DNA from: Nannocystis bainbridge
GTDB taxonomy: Bacteria > Myxococcota_A > Polyangia > Nannocystales > Nannocystaceae
Reading direction: 5' to 3'
Length of the DNA: 64,000 nt
Assembly (NCBI RefSeq): GCF_028368995.1
Contig: NZ_JAQNDL010000001.1
Coordinates: 1,856,001-1,920,000, forward strand
The notes under the pieces are model-generated. The model did not search any database and was not told where the DNA came from. It saw only the letters and a list, made by a program, of their open reading frames with translations. The translations under genes and the position numbers were made by a program. Below are positions 9,961-18,734 of this stretch, in pieces. Positions within the stretch are counted from its first letter, which is position 1, and every line of letters begins with the position of its first letter.

Positions 9961-10977
9961 ATGCTCTCGTTCACCGCTCAGCGCTTCGCCGCCCCCCAGT
10001 CGCCGTGTCCGCCGTACGACGAAGACAGCGGCATCTACCTCGCCTGGTCCACCAGCCCCGCGGGCCCCTTCGCCCCGCCCGCCCGACCGTGGGAGCCGCT
10101 GCCGGCGGGCGCCGAGCTCTCGACCTGTCTCTATCGCCCTGTCCTTCCGCACAGTCTGGACTTCGCCTCCGACGACTGCCAAGGCGTCCCCTGCCACCTC
10201 ATCATGCGTCTCGACTCGACGGTGTTCCACGGCCCGCAGACCGGTCGCTGGTGGCTCGCCTATTCCTGGTACACCAACAGCCCGCCGACACTCGCGTGGG
10301 AGCTCGCCAACCACGGCCAACACGTCCACCTCGTCGAGCTCGACCTCAAGGATCCGTTCGCCGTCCGCTGCGACCTCGCCACCGCGCAGATCCACGCCGG
10401 CACCCCCCACGACGGCGAGACGCTCGCGCGCCTCGCCGCCAGCTGCTCCGGCTGCGAGCAGATGCTGTCGATGACGCGCGGCCCTCTCGGCGAGGAAATG
10501 CTACGCGACGGTGTTTCCCTGGGCGTCGTCGAGGCCCCGAGCCTGTTTCGCCGCGGCGAATACGTGTATCTCCTCCTCAGCGGCAGCAACTGGGACTCCC
10601 CCTATTACCACGTGTACTGGGTCGCCGCGAAGTCCGTCGAGGAGTTGGTGTACACCAACCCCGGGCGGCTCGTCGGCCGCTTCCTGATCCCGAGCGACGG
10701 CCAGGCCTTCGGGCACGGCTCTGCTGTGCTCGGCCCTGACGGCGAGCGCTGGTACTTCGTCCACCACCGTCTCGCGCAGGTCCCGTGCGAGCAGTCCGGC
10801 TGTAAGCGCGACGTGTGGGTCAGTCCGATTGAGTTCGACGATCGCGGCGACGGCCTCGCTGACGTGCACATTCGGCCACGCTGGCCCGCTCAGGACCCGA
10901 GCTTCAGCGTCGCCGTCTCAGCCGGCCGGCAGGAGGCTCCGCCTCACGCGCTCCCAGCCGAGGCCCGGGATGACTGA
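9961..10977 (+). pseudogene. GH43-like glycoside hydrolase, probably 5'-truncated
   Basis: STSPAGPF, VVEAPSLFRRGEYVYLLLS and FGHGSAVLGPDGERWYFVHH motifs; no signal peptide or N-terminal blade seen. Confidence 0.65.
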
Positions 10978-11094
10978 AACAACCCCGGACAGACTGCGCA
11001 CAGCTCGTCGCTGCGGCGGGAGAGGAGGGCGTGTCATCGGTCGTGCAGGGCCAGGCAGACGGCTCTGGCCTCCGACAGGGGACCGAGCGTCCGC

Positions 11095-11565
11095 TCAGTT
11101 CAGGTGATAGCGGGTTCCCCTGGCTTTTCCGGACCAGGTGAGCTCCCCGGCCTCGATGAGGCGGTTCAGACCTGCGCGGACCTGCATGTTGGAACCACCG
11201 ATGCGCTCTTGAACTTGTGAGGCACTGACGGGGCCTCCGATGGCCGTCACGACCTCGAGAAGCCTTTTGTCGAAGGCTTCGCGGCCGGCATGCGTTCGCG
11301 TATTTACGTCCGCCACCTCGACCGTATTCGTCGGGTGGGACTTGGCCGGGGCAGCCTTGCCCCCCGGAGCCTCTCGGACGGGGGTTTGTGAGCCATGACG
11401 CCCTTGCAAGTCAGAGATGGTGATCGAGCGCAGCAGTGAGCCGAGCTCTCCGCGCGCCAATTGCTGCAGTTCTGCGAGGGTGAGCTGGGGGTGCTGAAGC
11501 AGGAGCTCGATCAGGAGCTCACGCTTGCGGTCTTCCATTGCGGCCACGAGATCGAACTTGGACAC
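11095..11565 (-). CDS. Small winged-helix DNA-binding protein
   Basis: C-terminal wHTH (VSASQVQERIGG...VRAGLNRLIEAGELTWSGKARGTRY); start uncertain. Confidence 0.7.
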   Translation of the reverse strand: MSKFDLVAAMEDRKRELLIELLLQHPQLTLAELQQLARGELGSLLRSITISDLQGRHGSQTPVREAPGGKAAPAKSHPTNTVEVADVNTRTHAGREAFDKRLLEVVTAIGGPVSASQVQERIGGSNMQVRAGLNRLIEAGELTWSGKARGTRYHLN

Positions 11566-11992
11566 GGCCGCGACAGTAGCACACTTGCGCAAGTGTCTGT
11601 ACGCTCGCTCGGCCGTCGCTGGCGACCGAGCCCCGCCGAGCTCGAGTCGTGCCGCGGGTATCGAACGGGCCGAGTAAGTCGTGCTCCCTGTCACTGGCCT
11701 CGGCTCGCACCCCGGCGCTGACGCTATACGAGCGGCGCCTCGCACCGCGCGGTCGTCGAAAGCGCAAGGCCGTCCCGACACGACCGACGAGCGAACGGCT
11801 GCAAGAGCCGGCCGGGAGGTCATGGCGCTCGCGCAAAGGTGGTCCAATTCTACGGCCCTCTCCATGCGGAGCCGTACCGACGAAGCGCCGACGCACGCCG
11901 TCTCGACCGGCGCGGGCGACCGCCACGCGCGCCCCTTGCAGGCGCGACGGGCGCGACGGGCCGAGGCCCGCGTGGGGGTCGAGGCCGACCCG

Positions 11993-14545
11993 ATGCGGGC
12001 CATGACCGCGGCGCTGTCCGAAGCCTTCACGCAGCTCCGCAGCTCCGAGCGCGGTCTGACCGACCGCGAGGTACGAGACCGCCTCGCGGCGCTCGGACTC
12101 AACGAGGTCGTGCCCCCCCAGCGCGCCAACCTGGTGCGCGACGTCCTGGCCCGCTTCGCCAACCCATTGATCGCCATCCTCGCGTTCGCCAGCGTCGTCT
12201 CGCTGTCGCTCGGGGACCTCGTCAACGCGAGCATCATCCTCGTGATGATCGCCCTGAGCATCGCGCTCGAGACGTTTCAGACCCGCCGTTCGCAGGCCGC
12301 GGCCGAGCGGTTGCGGGGTCGCGTCGCGCCCGAGGCCACCGCCCTGCGAGACGGGCACTTCATCAGGGTCCCGCAGCGCGAGCTGGTGCCGGGCGACGTC
12401 GTGCGCCTGGCCGCCGGCGCCCTCGTCCCGGCCGATTGTCGCCTCGTCACCGCCAGGGACTTGCACGTGCAACAGGCCGCCCTGACCGGCGAGCCCCTGC
12501 CCGCCGAGAAGGAGGCCACCGCGGGCCCGGCCGGCGATGTCCGCGATCCGGCCGGGATGCCCCACGCCGTCTTCCTCGGCACCTCGGTCGTCAGCGGTGT
12601 CGCCACGGCGCTGGTGGTCGCCACCGGCGCGCGCACTCAATTCGGCGACATCGCCCGCGCGCTCGCCCGCCGGGGCCCGCGAACCGAGTTCGAGGTCGGC
12701 ATGTTCGACTTCGGCGCCTTCATCCTGAAGACGGTCGTCTTCCTGGTGCTGTTCGTGTTCGTGATCGCGGCGGCGGGCCACCGCCCCGTGCTCGAGGCGC
12801 TGCTGTTCGCGCTCGCGCTCGCCGTCGGGCTCACGCCTGAGTTCCTGCCGATGATCACGACCGTCACGCTCGGGGAGGGCGCGCTGCGAATGGCGAAGCA
12901 GCGGGTCATCGTCAAGAACCTGGCGGCGATCCAGAACCTCGGCAGCATCGACGTGCTGTGCTGCGACAAGACCGGCACCCTCACGGAGGGGCGGATGACC
13001 CTCGAGCGCCACGTCGATCCGTTCGGGGCCGCGGACGAGCGCCCGCTCCGGCTCGCCAGCATCAACAGCTTCTTCGAGAGCGGCATCGACTACGGCTTCG
13101 ACGACGCGGTGCTCGACCGCGCCGGCATCGATCCGCTCGACGCCGCCGTGCTGCGCCACGAGCACCCCGATCTGCGGGGATGGCGAAAGCTCGACGAGCT
13201 CCCCTTCGACTTCGAACGCCGCCGCATCAGCATCCTCGCCGAGAAGGACGGCGCGAGCCTCCTCGTCACCAAAGGCGCGCCGGAGGGCTTGCTGGCGCAG
13301 GCGACCTCCTGCGAGACCGGCGGCGCGCGGCGGCCCCTCGACGCCGAGCTGCGCGCGCGCTGCGAGGCGACGTTCCGGGAGCTCTCGACCCACGGATACC
13401 GCGTGCTCGCCGTGGCCTACAAGGAGATCACCGACGTCGCGCCGCTGCGCGCGGGCGACGAGGCCGGCCTCACCCTCGCCGGCTTCCTCGCCTTCGTCGA
13501 CGCGCCGCTCCTCGGCGCGGCTCGAGTGCTCGAGGCGCTCGCCGCCGAGGGTGTACGGGTCAAGATCGTCAGCGGCGACAACGAGCTCGTCGTGCGCCAC
13601 ATCGCCGATCGCGTCGGCATCGCTCCGGGCCAGATCCTCCTCGGCGCCGAGGTCGACCGCCTCGGCGACGCCGCGCTCGGCAAGGTCGCCGAGGAGACCC
13701 GCCTCTTCGCCCGGGTCTCGCCCGCGCACAAGAGCCGCATCATCCGCGCGCTCCGGGCCCGCGGTCACGTCGTCGGCTACCTCGGCGACGGCATCAATGA
13801 CGCGCCCTCCCTCCACGGCGCCGATGTCGGGATCTCCGTCGCCGGCGCCGTGGACGTGGCCCGCGACGCCGCCGAAGTCATCCTGCTCGAGCGCGACCTC
13901 GGGGTCCTCCTCGCCGGCATCCTCGAGGGTCGGCGCGCCTTCGGCAACGTCATGAAGTACGTCCTGATGGGGACGAGCTCCAACTTCGGCAACATGGTCA
14001 GCATGGCCGGGGCCTTCGTCGTCCTGCCGTTCTTGCCGATGCTCCCGACCCAGATCTTGCTCAACAACTTCCTTTACGACCTGGCGCAGATCACGATCCC
14101 GACCGACAACGTCGACCCCGGCTTCCTCAAGAAGCCGCGGCGGTGGGACATCGGCCTGATCCGTCGCTTCATGGTCGTCCTCGGGCCGGTCAGTTCGCTC
14201 TACGACATCCTCACGTTCTACGCGCTCCTCCACCTGTTCCACGCGTCGCCCGCGTTGTTCCACACCGGGTGGTTCGTCGAGTCCCTGGTCACGCAGACGC
14301 TGGTGTTGTTCGTCATTCGTACCGCCGCGCGCCCGTGGGACAGCCGGCCGAGCCGACCGCTCGTGCTCACCGCGCTGGCCGTCGTAATCACCGCGCTCGT
14401 GCTGCCCTGGACGCCGCTCGCCACGCCGCTCGGGTTCGTCGCGCTACCGCCGGGCTTCTTCCTGTTCCTCGTCGTCGTCTCCGTCACCTATCTGGCGTTC
14501 GTCGAGGGCGTCAAGCGCCGGCTGTTCGCTCGGTTCCTCGAGTAG
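11993..14545 (+). CDS. mgtA: Mg2+-transporting P-type ATPase (P3B)
   Basis: LTGE, PEFLP, DKTGTLT, GDGINDAP, SSNFGNM and LLNNFLYD motifs; the start could be further upstream (11864). Confidence 0.9.
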   Translation: MRAMTAALSEAFTQLRSSERGLTDREVRDRLAALGLNEVVPPQRANLVRDVLARFANPLIAILAFASVVSLSLGDLVNASIILVMIALSIALETFQTRRSQAAAERLRGRVAPEATALRDGHFIRVPQRELVPGDVVRLAAGALVPADCRLVTARDLHVQQAALTGEPLPAEKEATAGPAGDVRDPAGMPHAVFLGTSVVSGVATALVVATGARTQFGDIARALARRGPRTEFEVGMFDFGAFILKTVVFLVLFVFVIAAAGHRPVLEALLFALALAVGLTPEFLPMITTVTLGEGALRMAKQRVIVKNLAAIQNLGSIDVLCCDKTGTLTEGRMTLERHVDPFGAADERPLRLASINSFFESGIDYGFDDAVLDRAGIDPLDAAVLRHEHPDLRGWRKLDELPFDFERRRISILAEKDGASLLVTKGAPEGLLAQATSCETGGARRPLDAELRARCEATFRELSTHGYRVLAVAYKEITDVAPLRAGDEAGLTLAGFLAFVDAPLLGAARVLEALAAEGVRVKIVSGDNELVVRHIADRVGIAPGQILLGAEVDRLGDAALGKVAEETRLFARVSPAHKSRIIRALRARGHVVGYLGDGINDAPSLHGADVGISVAGAVDVARDAAEVILLERDLGVLLAGILEGRRAFGNVMKYVLMGTSSNFGNMVSMAGAFVVLPFLPMLPTQILLNNFLYDLAQITIPTDNVDPGFLKKPRRWDIGLIRRFMVVLGPVSSLYDILTFYALLHLFHASPALFHTGWFVESLVTQTLVLFVIRTAARPWDSRPSRPLVLTALAVVITALVLPWTPLATPLGFVALPPGFFLFLVVVSVTYLAFVEGVKRRLFARFLE

Positions 14546-14597
14546 CGGCAGCAGACGGCGCATTGTGTCGTGGCCGGCAGCCGAGCGCACGGCATGC

Positions 14598-15485
14598 GAT
14601 GCCCCGGCGCTGAAGGCCGCCGACATCGGTGTCGCCATGGGCGGGCGCGGCACCGACGTGGCGCGCGAGGCGGCCACTCTCGTGCTGCTCGACGACGACT
14701 TCACTTCGCTGGTGGACAGCGTCCGCTCGGGCCGCCGTATCATCGACAACCTCCGCAAGGCGCTCGCATACATCCTCGCGGTGCACGTGCCGATCGTCGG
14801 TCTCACCTTGATCCCCGTCTTTCTTGAATGGCCGCTCGTATTGCTGCCGATCCACATCGCGTTCCTGCACCTCGTGATCGACCCGGCTTGCTCCGTCGTC
14901 TTCGAGGCCGAGCCGGAGGAGTCCGATGTGATGACCCGTCCGCCGCGGGACCCGCGGGCGCCGCTCTTCGATCGCCGCTCCATCGCCCTCAGCCTGGTTC
15001 AGGGGGCGATCGTGATGCTCGTCGTCGTCGCGGTCTACGGGCTCGCGTTGAGTCGTGGGCGCGGAGGAGCCGACGCCAGGGGACTGACGTTCACCACCTT
15101 CATGGTGGCCAACCTCGGCCTCATCTTCACCAATCGTACGTGGTCTCGGGTGCGGACCGCGACCAGGGGTCGAAATGCTGCGCTCTGGTGGGTGACCGGC
15201 GGCGCGGTCGTCTTCCTCGCGCTCGTCCTTTACGTGCCGGGCCTGCGGGAGCTGTTCCGGTTCGCCCCCCTGCGACCGCGCGACATCCTCTTCTGCATCG
15301 GCGCGGGCGTCCTGAGCGTGTCGTGGTTCGAAGCCTTCAAGGCCATCCGGCCGCGTGAGAGGCACGGGGTCGCTGCGGTCGCACCCGATGAACGACGGGC
15401 TCCGGCGAGCGAAACCTTGCTCCGCGGGGAGGCAGCCCCGACAGAACGGCCCTCCGCTGGCGTGGTCCGAAAAGCCAGCCCATGA
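14598..15485 (+). pseudogene. C-terminal fragment of a P2-type cation ATPase
   Basis: Begins abruptly at DAPALKAADIGVAMG; lacks DKTG and the whole N-terminal two-thirds. Confidence 0.85.
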
Positions 15486-15865
15486 AATGCCGCATGCTCC
15501 GATACCCTCACTCTCTGGCGCTCCAGCTCTTCGGAATCGCTCACCAGATCGCCGGTGCGATCGCCGAGGGCAGCATCGACGACCAAAGCTTCTTGCCGGG
15601 TCGGCTGACTCGCAGTCAACTGGCCGAGGGGCTAGCCAGCCACCTGCTCACGGTTCGCCCAATTCCAGGGGAGGCGATCATCTACATGCAGGTCGAGAGC
15701 CGCCCGAACGCGGAAGCGTGGCGCGTCAAGCTGCCGTTCTGGACGGTGGAGGAAGGCGGTCGCAGCGACCTGTGCCTGTGTTTACACATCCGTCGCCAGG
15801 GCGCGGAGCTGGTCGGTCAGATCGAGGACGTTCATCCCTCCACGCAGTCGCTGGCGACCGCGTAA
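15482..15865 (+). CDS. Hypothetical protein
   Basis: ATGA overlap with the upstream stop; 127 aa with protein-like composition. Confidence 0.55.
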   Translation: MKCRMLRYPHSLALQLFGIAHQIAGAIAEGSIDDQSFLPGRLTRSQLAEGLASHLLTVRPIPGEAIIYMQVESRPNAEAWRVKLPFWTVEEGGRSDLCLCLHIRRQGAELVGQIEDVHPSTQSLATA

Positions 15866-16038
15866 CCGCCAGAGTCCAGCGAACCGCGCCTTCGGGCGCT
15901 CGTGCCCCCATTCTGCAGAACATGCGCCGGAGGTCCGGTATCTCGATGCTGCCGTTATCCAATGGCCTGACGATGCGAGGCAGCGCCGCCTGCGCCACGG
16001 CGCTGGCGACGCTCCGGAACCCCGCCTACGCTTTGGCC

Positions 16039-16452
16039 ATGCGTGTTTGGCTCATCGCCCCCATGCTCCTCGTGCTGCTCGCCTGCACCGAGCACGACCG
16101 ACGTTGTGCGCACGCGCGGGACGTCATGCTGACGCTGTGGGAGCAATCGCTGAGGGATACGCTGCCCGGACAGGACGAGGCCGAGCTGCGCCGCGCGCTC
16201 GCACACGCCGGCGAGCGTTTCATGGCGCAGTGCCGCTCGCTGCCGCTCGAGAGCCAAGCTTGCATCGACCGCATCGACGAACTCGGTACCGTGGAACGCG
16301 AGCGCCGTGCAGCCGTCGAGCGCTGCCCGAGACAGGCGGACGGCCGGCCCGAGTCGAAATGCGTCCAGGCTGCGCGCGACCGGGCGGACCTGCGGACCGC
16401 CGACTGCCAGCTCGCGCTCGGGGCGATGTTCACCACGATCCTCGAGCCTTGA
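16039..16452 (+). CDS. Cys-containing lipoprotein
   Basis: MRVWLIAPMLLVLLAC lipobox. Confidence 0.7.
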   Translation: MRVWLIAPMLLVLLACTEHDRRCAHARDVMLTLWEQSLRDTLPGQDEAELRRALAHAGERFMAQCRSLPLESQACIDRIDELGTVERERRAAVERCPRQADGRPESKCVQAARDRADLRTADCQLALGAMFTTILEP

Positions 16453-16691
16453 CAGGCTCAGCGCGACCGCCCGAGAGCAAGACCCGAGAGAGCGGGCCTC
16501 TATGCCGACATGCTGAGTTCTGGTGGCCGCGAGTCGCTATTGCTAGATCGCCTCGCGGCCGTGACTCGACCGAGCGGACGAGCCACGGCCGTACGACCGG
16601 CCGGTTGCCGTCACAACGATGCCCGCTACACCCAAAAAGGAGCGCCGTGGCCGAGCTTGCCGACGCAGCCGACTGGCGCGAAGGACAGAGT

Positions 16692-17901
16692 ATGCAGACG
16701 ATGGTCACAGCAGCCTCGACGTTCCTCGTCTCGTTCCTCACCATGGACGGCGAGCCGGCGACCGAATCGGCGCGAGCCGGGCTCACTGCGGTCGAGTCGC
16801 TCGGCAAGCACCTCTTTTTCGACGAATCGCTTTCGATCGGGAGCAATCAAGCGTGCGCGGCGTGCCATGGCCGCGATGTCGGCTGGACCGGGCCCGTCGA
16901 GGACATCGACGCCCACGGCGCCGTCTACGAGGGTTCGGTTCCGGGGCGCTTCGGCCCGCGAAAGCCGCCGAGTAGCGCATACGCGTCGTTCAGCCCGCCG
17001 CTGCACCGCCCCCCCTGCGGGCGAGTTCGTCGGGGGCAACTTCGGGGACGGCCGGGCGACCGGCGAGAAGCTCGGCAATCCGGCAGCCGATCAGGCGCAG
17101 GGGCCTTTCCTCAACCCGGTGGAGCAGGCGCTCCCCGACGCGGCCGCGCTCGTGACGCGGGTGTGCAGCCTGAAATCAGAGTACTGGTTGCTGCTGCGCT
17201 TCGTGTGGGGCCTCGCCGTCTGTGACGACGTCGACGCCGCATTCGCAGCGATCGCGCGGTCGATCGCCCGCTACGAGGCTTCGCGCGAGATGAGCCCGTT
17301 CAGCTCGAAGTTCGACCGGTACCTCTCGGGAGAGACCGAACTCACCGACCAGGAGCAGAGGGGCCTGGCGCTGTTCAAAGGCGAGGCCAAATGCAAAAAC
17401 TGCCACGCGATCGCCGGTGCGGACCAGGGCGGCCCGCCGCTCTTCACCGACTTCACGTTCGCCAACATCGGTGCACCGCGTAATCCGGAGAACCCATATT
17501 ACGATCAGCCGCCCGCCATCAATCCGCTCGGCAAGGCGTACGTCGATCTCGGCCTGGGTGGCTTCCTCGCCACCCGCCCGGAGTACGCCGAATATGCAAC
17601 GGTCAACGAGGGTAAGCATCGGGTGCCGACCCTGCGCAACGTCGACCGCCGGCCACGGCCCTCGTTCACCAAGGCGTACGGACACAATGGGTACTTCAAG
17701 AGCCTGGAGGAGCTGGTCCACTTCTACAACACGCGCGCTGTCCTGCCCCAGTGTGCGGCGAACGACCCCGGAGAGAGAGTTACGTGTTGGCCTGCGCCCG
17801 AGGTGCCGCGCAACCTCGATGTCGACGTCGGCGATCTCGGACTCACGCCGGCCCAGGAGGAAGATGTCGTCGCGTTCTTGCGCACGCTGACGGACAGGTG
17901 A
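16692..17901 (+). pseudogene. Di-heme cytochrome c peroxidase/MauG family, frameshifted
   Basis: LGKHLFFD and CAACH lie in one frame; CKNCH, VPTLRNV and YGHNG lie in another. The switch is at the C7 tract 17009-17015. Confidence 0.85.
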
Positions 17902-17958
17902 ATCCGGCCCCGCGCGCGCCCGGCGAGCCGAGGGTCCTCGGGCCAAGCACCCCGCGCG

Positions 17959-18049
17959 GGGTTCGCCGGCTCGTCGTCCGCCGAGGTCACGCGCGTGCCC
18001 GCCGACGCTGGCTGAGCCTCACAGGGGTCCCACGCGACGCCATCCGGCA
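17959..18049 (+). repeat. 91-bp direct repeat, copy 2
   Basis: Matches 5053-5143. Confidence 0.9.
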
Positions 18050-18074
18050 ACCGGCGACCTCCACCGGCTCGCGA

Positions 18075-18734
18075 TCAGGGCGGCGATGAGTCGGCTGCGG
18101 CCTCTTTGCGCAGCTTGGACCAGACGCGCAGGAGCTCCGCGCTGCGCGGGTCGAGGCTGCCGCGGGCGCGCACCGCCGCCTCGACCACGAGCATGCGCGC
18201 CGTCAGGGCCGGCTGCACGTCGACAGACCGGAGGTCGCGCAACGTATTGGCCGCCGCCTCGATGAAGTCGACCGGCGCGACCTCCTCCATGAATGTGAGC
18301 ACCGGCTCGACCGACTCCGCCTTGGGCACCGCGCCGATCATCTCGAGGAACGTGACCACCTTCCAGCGCGGCCACAGATCGCCGAACTTGAGGATCACCT
18401 CCCAGCACAGCGGCAAGATCGCCGGTCCGTAGACTCTGCGGGCGTTCATGGCGTACTGGGTCCAGATCCGCGAGATGCCGGTGACTCGCTTGCCCTCGGC
18501 CTCGACGTTGACCTGGTCGAGCTCCGCGAGCACCTGACGATACAGCGCCGCGTGCTCGCTCCAGCCGCGGACGATCGCCGCCAGTGTCCGCCACAGCCAG
18601 TCGGGGTCGCCCGCGAACGCCGGCAGGTAGGTCATCACCGCTGTCTGGTCGACGAGCACCCGGTCGCGCTGGTGCGCGTAGTCCTCGCCGTGAAGTCTTC
18701 GAAGCGCCGTGAACTCTGGCCAATGCTGCGTCAT
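18075..18734 (-). CDS. Helical hypothetical protein, putative immunity partner of the PAD
   Basis: ATGA overlap with the PAD stop; 219 aa beginning MTQHWPEF. Confidence 0.75.
   Translation of the reverse strand: MTQHWPEFTALRRLHGEDYAHQRDRVLVDQTAVMTYLPAFAGDPDWLWRTLAAIVRGWSEHAALYRQVLAELDQVNVEAEGKRVTGISRIWTQYAMNARRVYGPAILPLCWEVILKFGDLWPRWKVVTFLEMIGAVPKAESVEPVLTFMEEVAPVDFIEAAANTLRDLRSVDVQPALTARMLVVEAAVRARGSLDPRSAELLRVWSKLRKEAAADSSPP

Noticed and set aside
11566-11992. Mg2+ riboswitch or MgtL-like leader upstream of mgtA
   Set aside because: No recognisable M-box structure or Pro-rich leader with RBS could be supported by eye.
16640-16680. GTGGCCGAGCTTGCCGACGCAGCCGACT resembles a tRNA-Leu 5' half
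   Set aside because: It lacks the D-loop GG, anticodon arm and TTCGA T-loop; no cloverleaf can be formed.
5144-17958. Active integrative element or prophage
   Set aside because: No integrase, transposase or phage genes seen; only the flanking repeat is reported.
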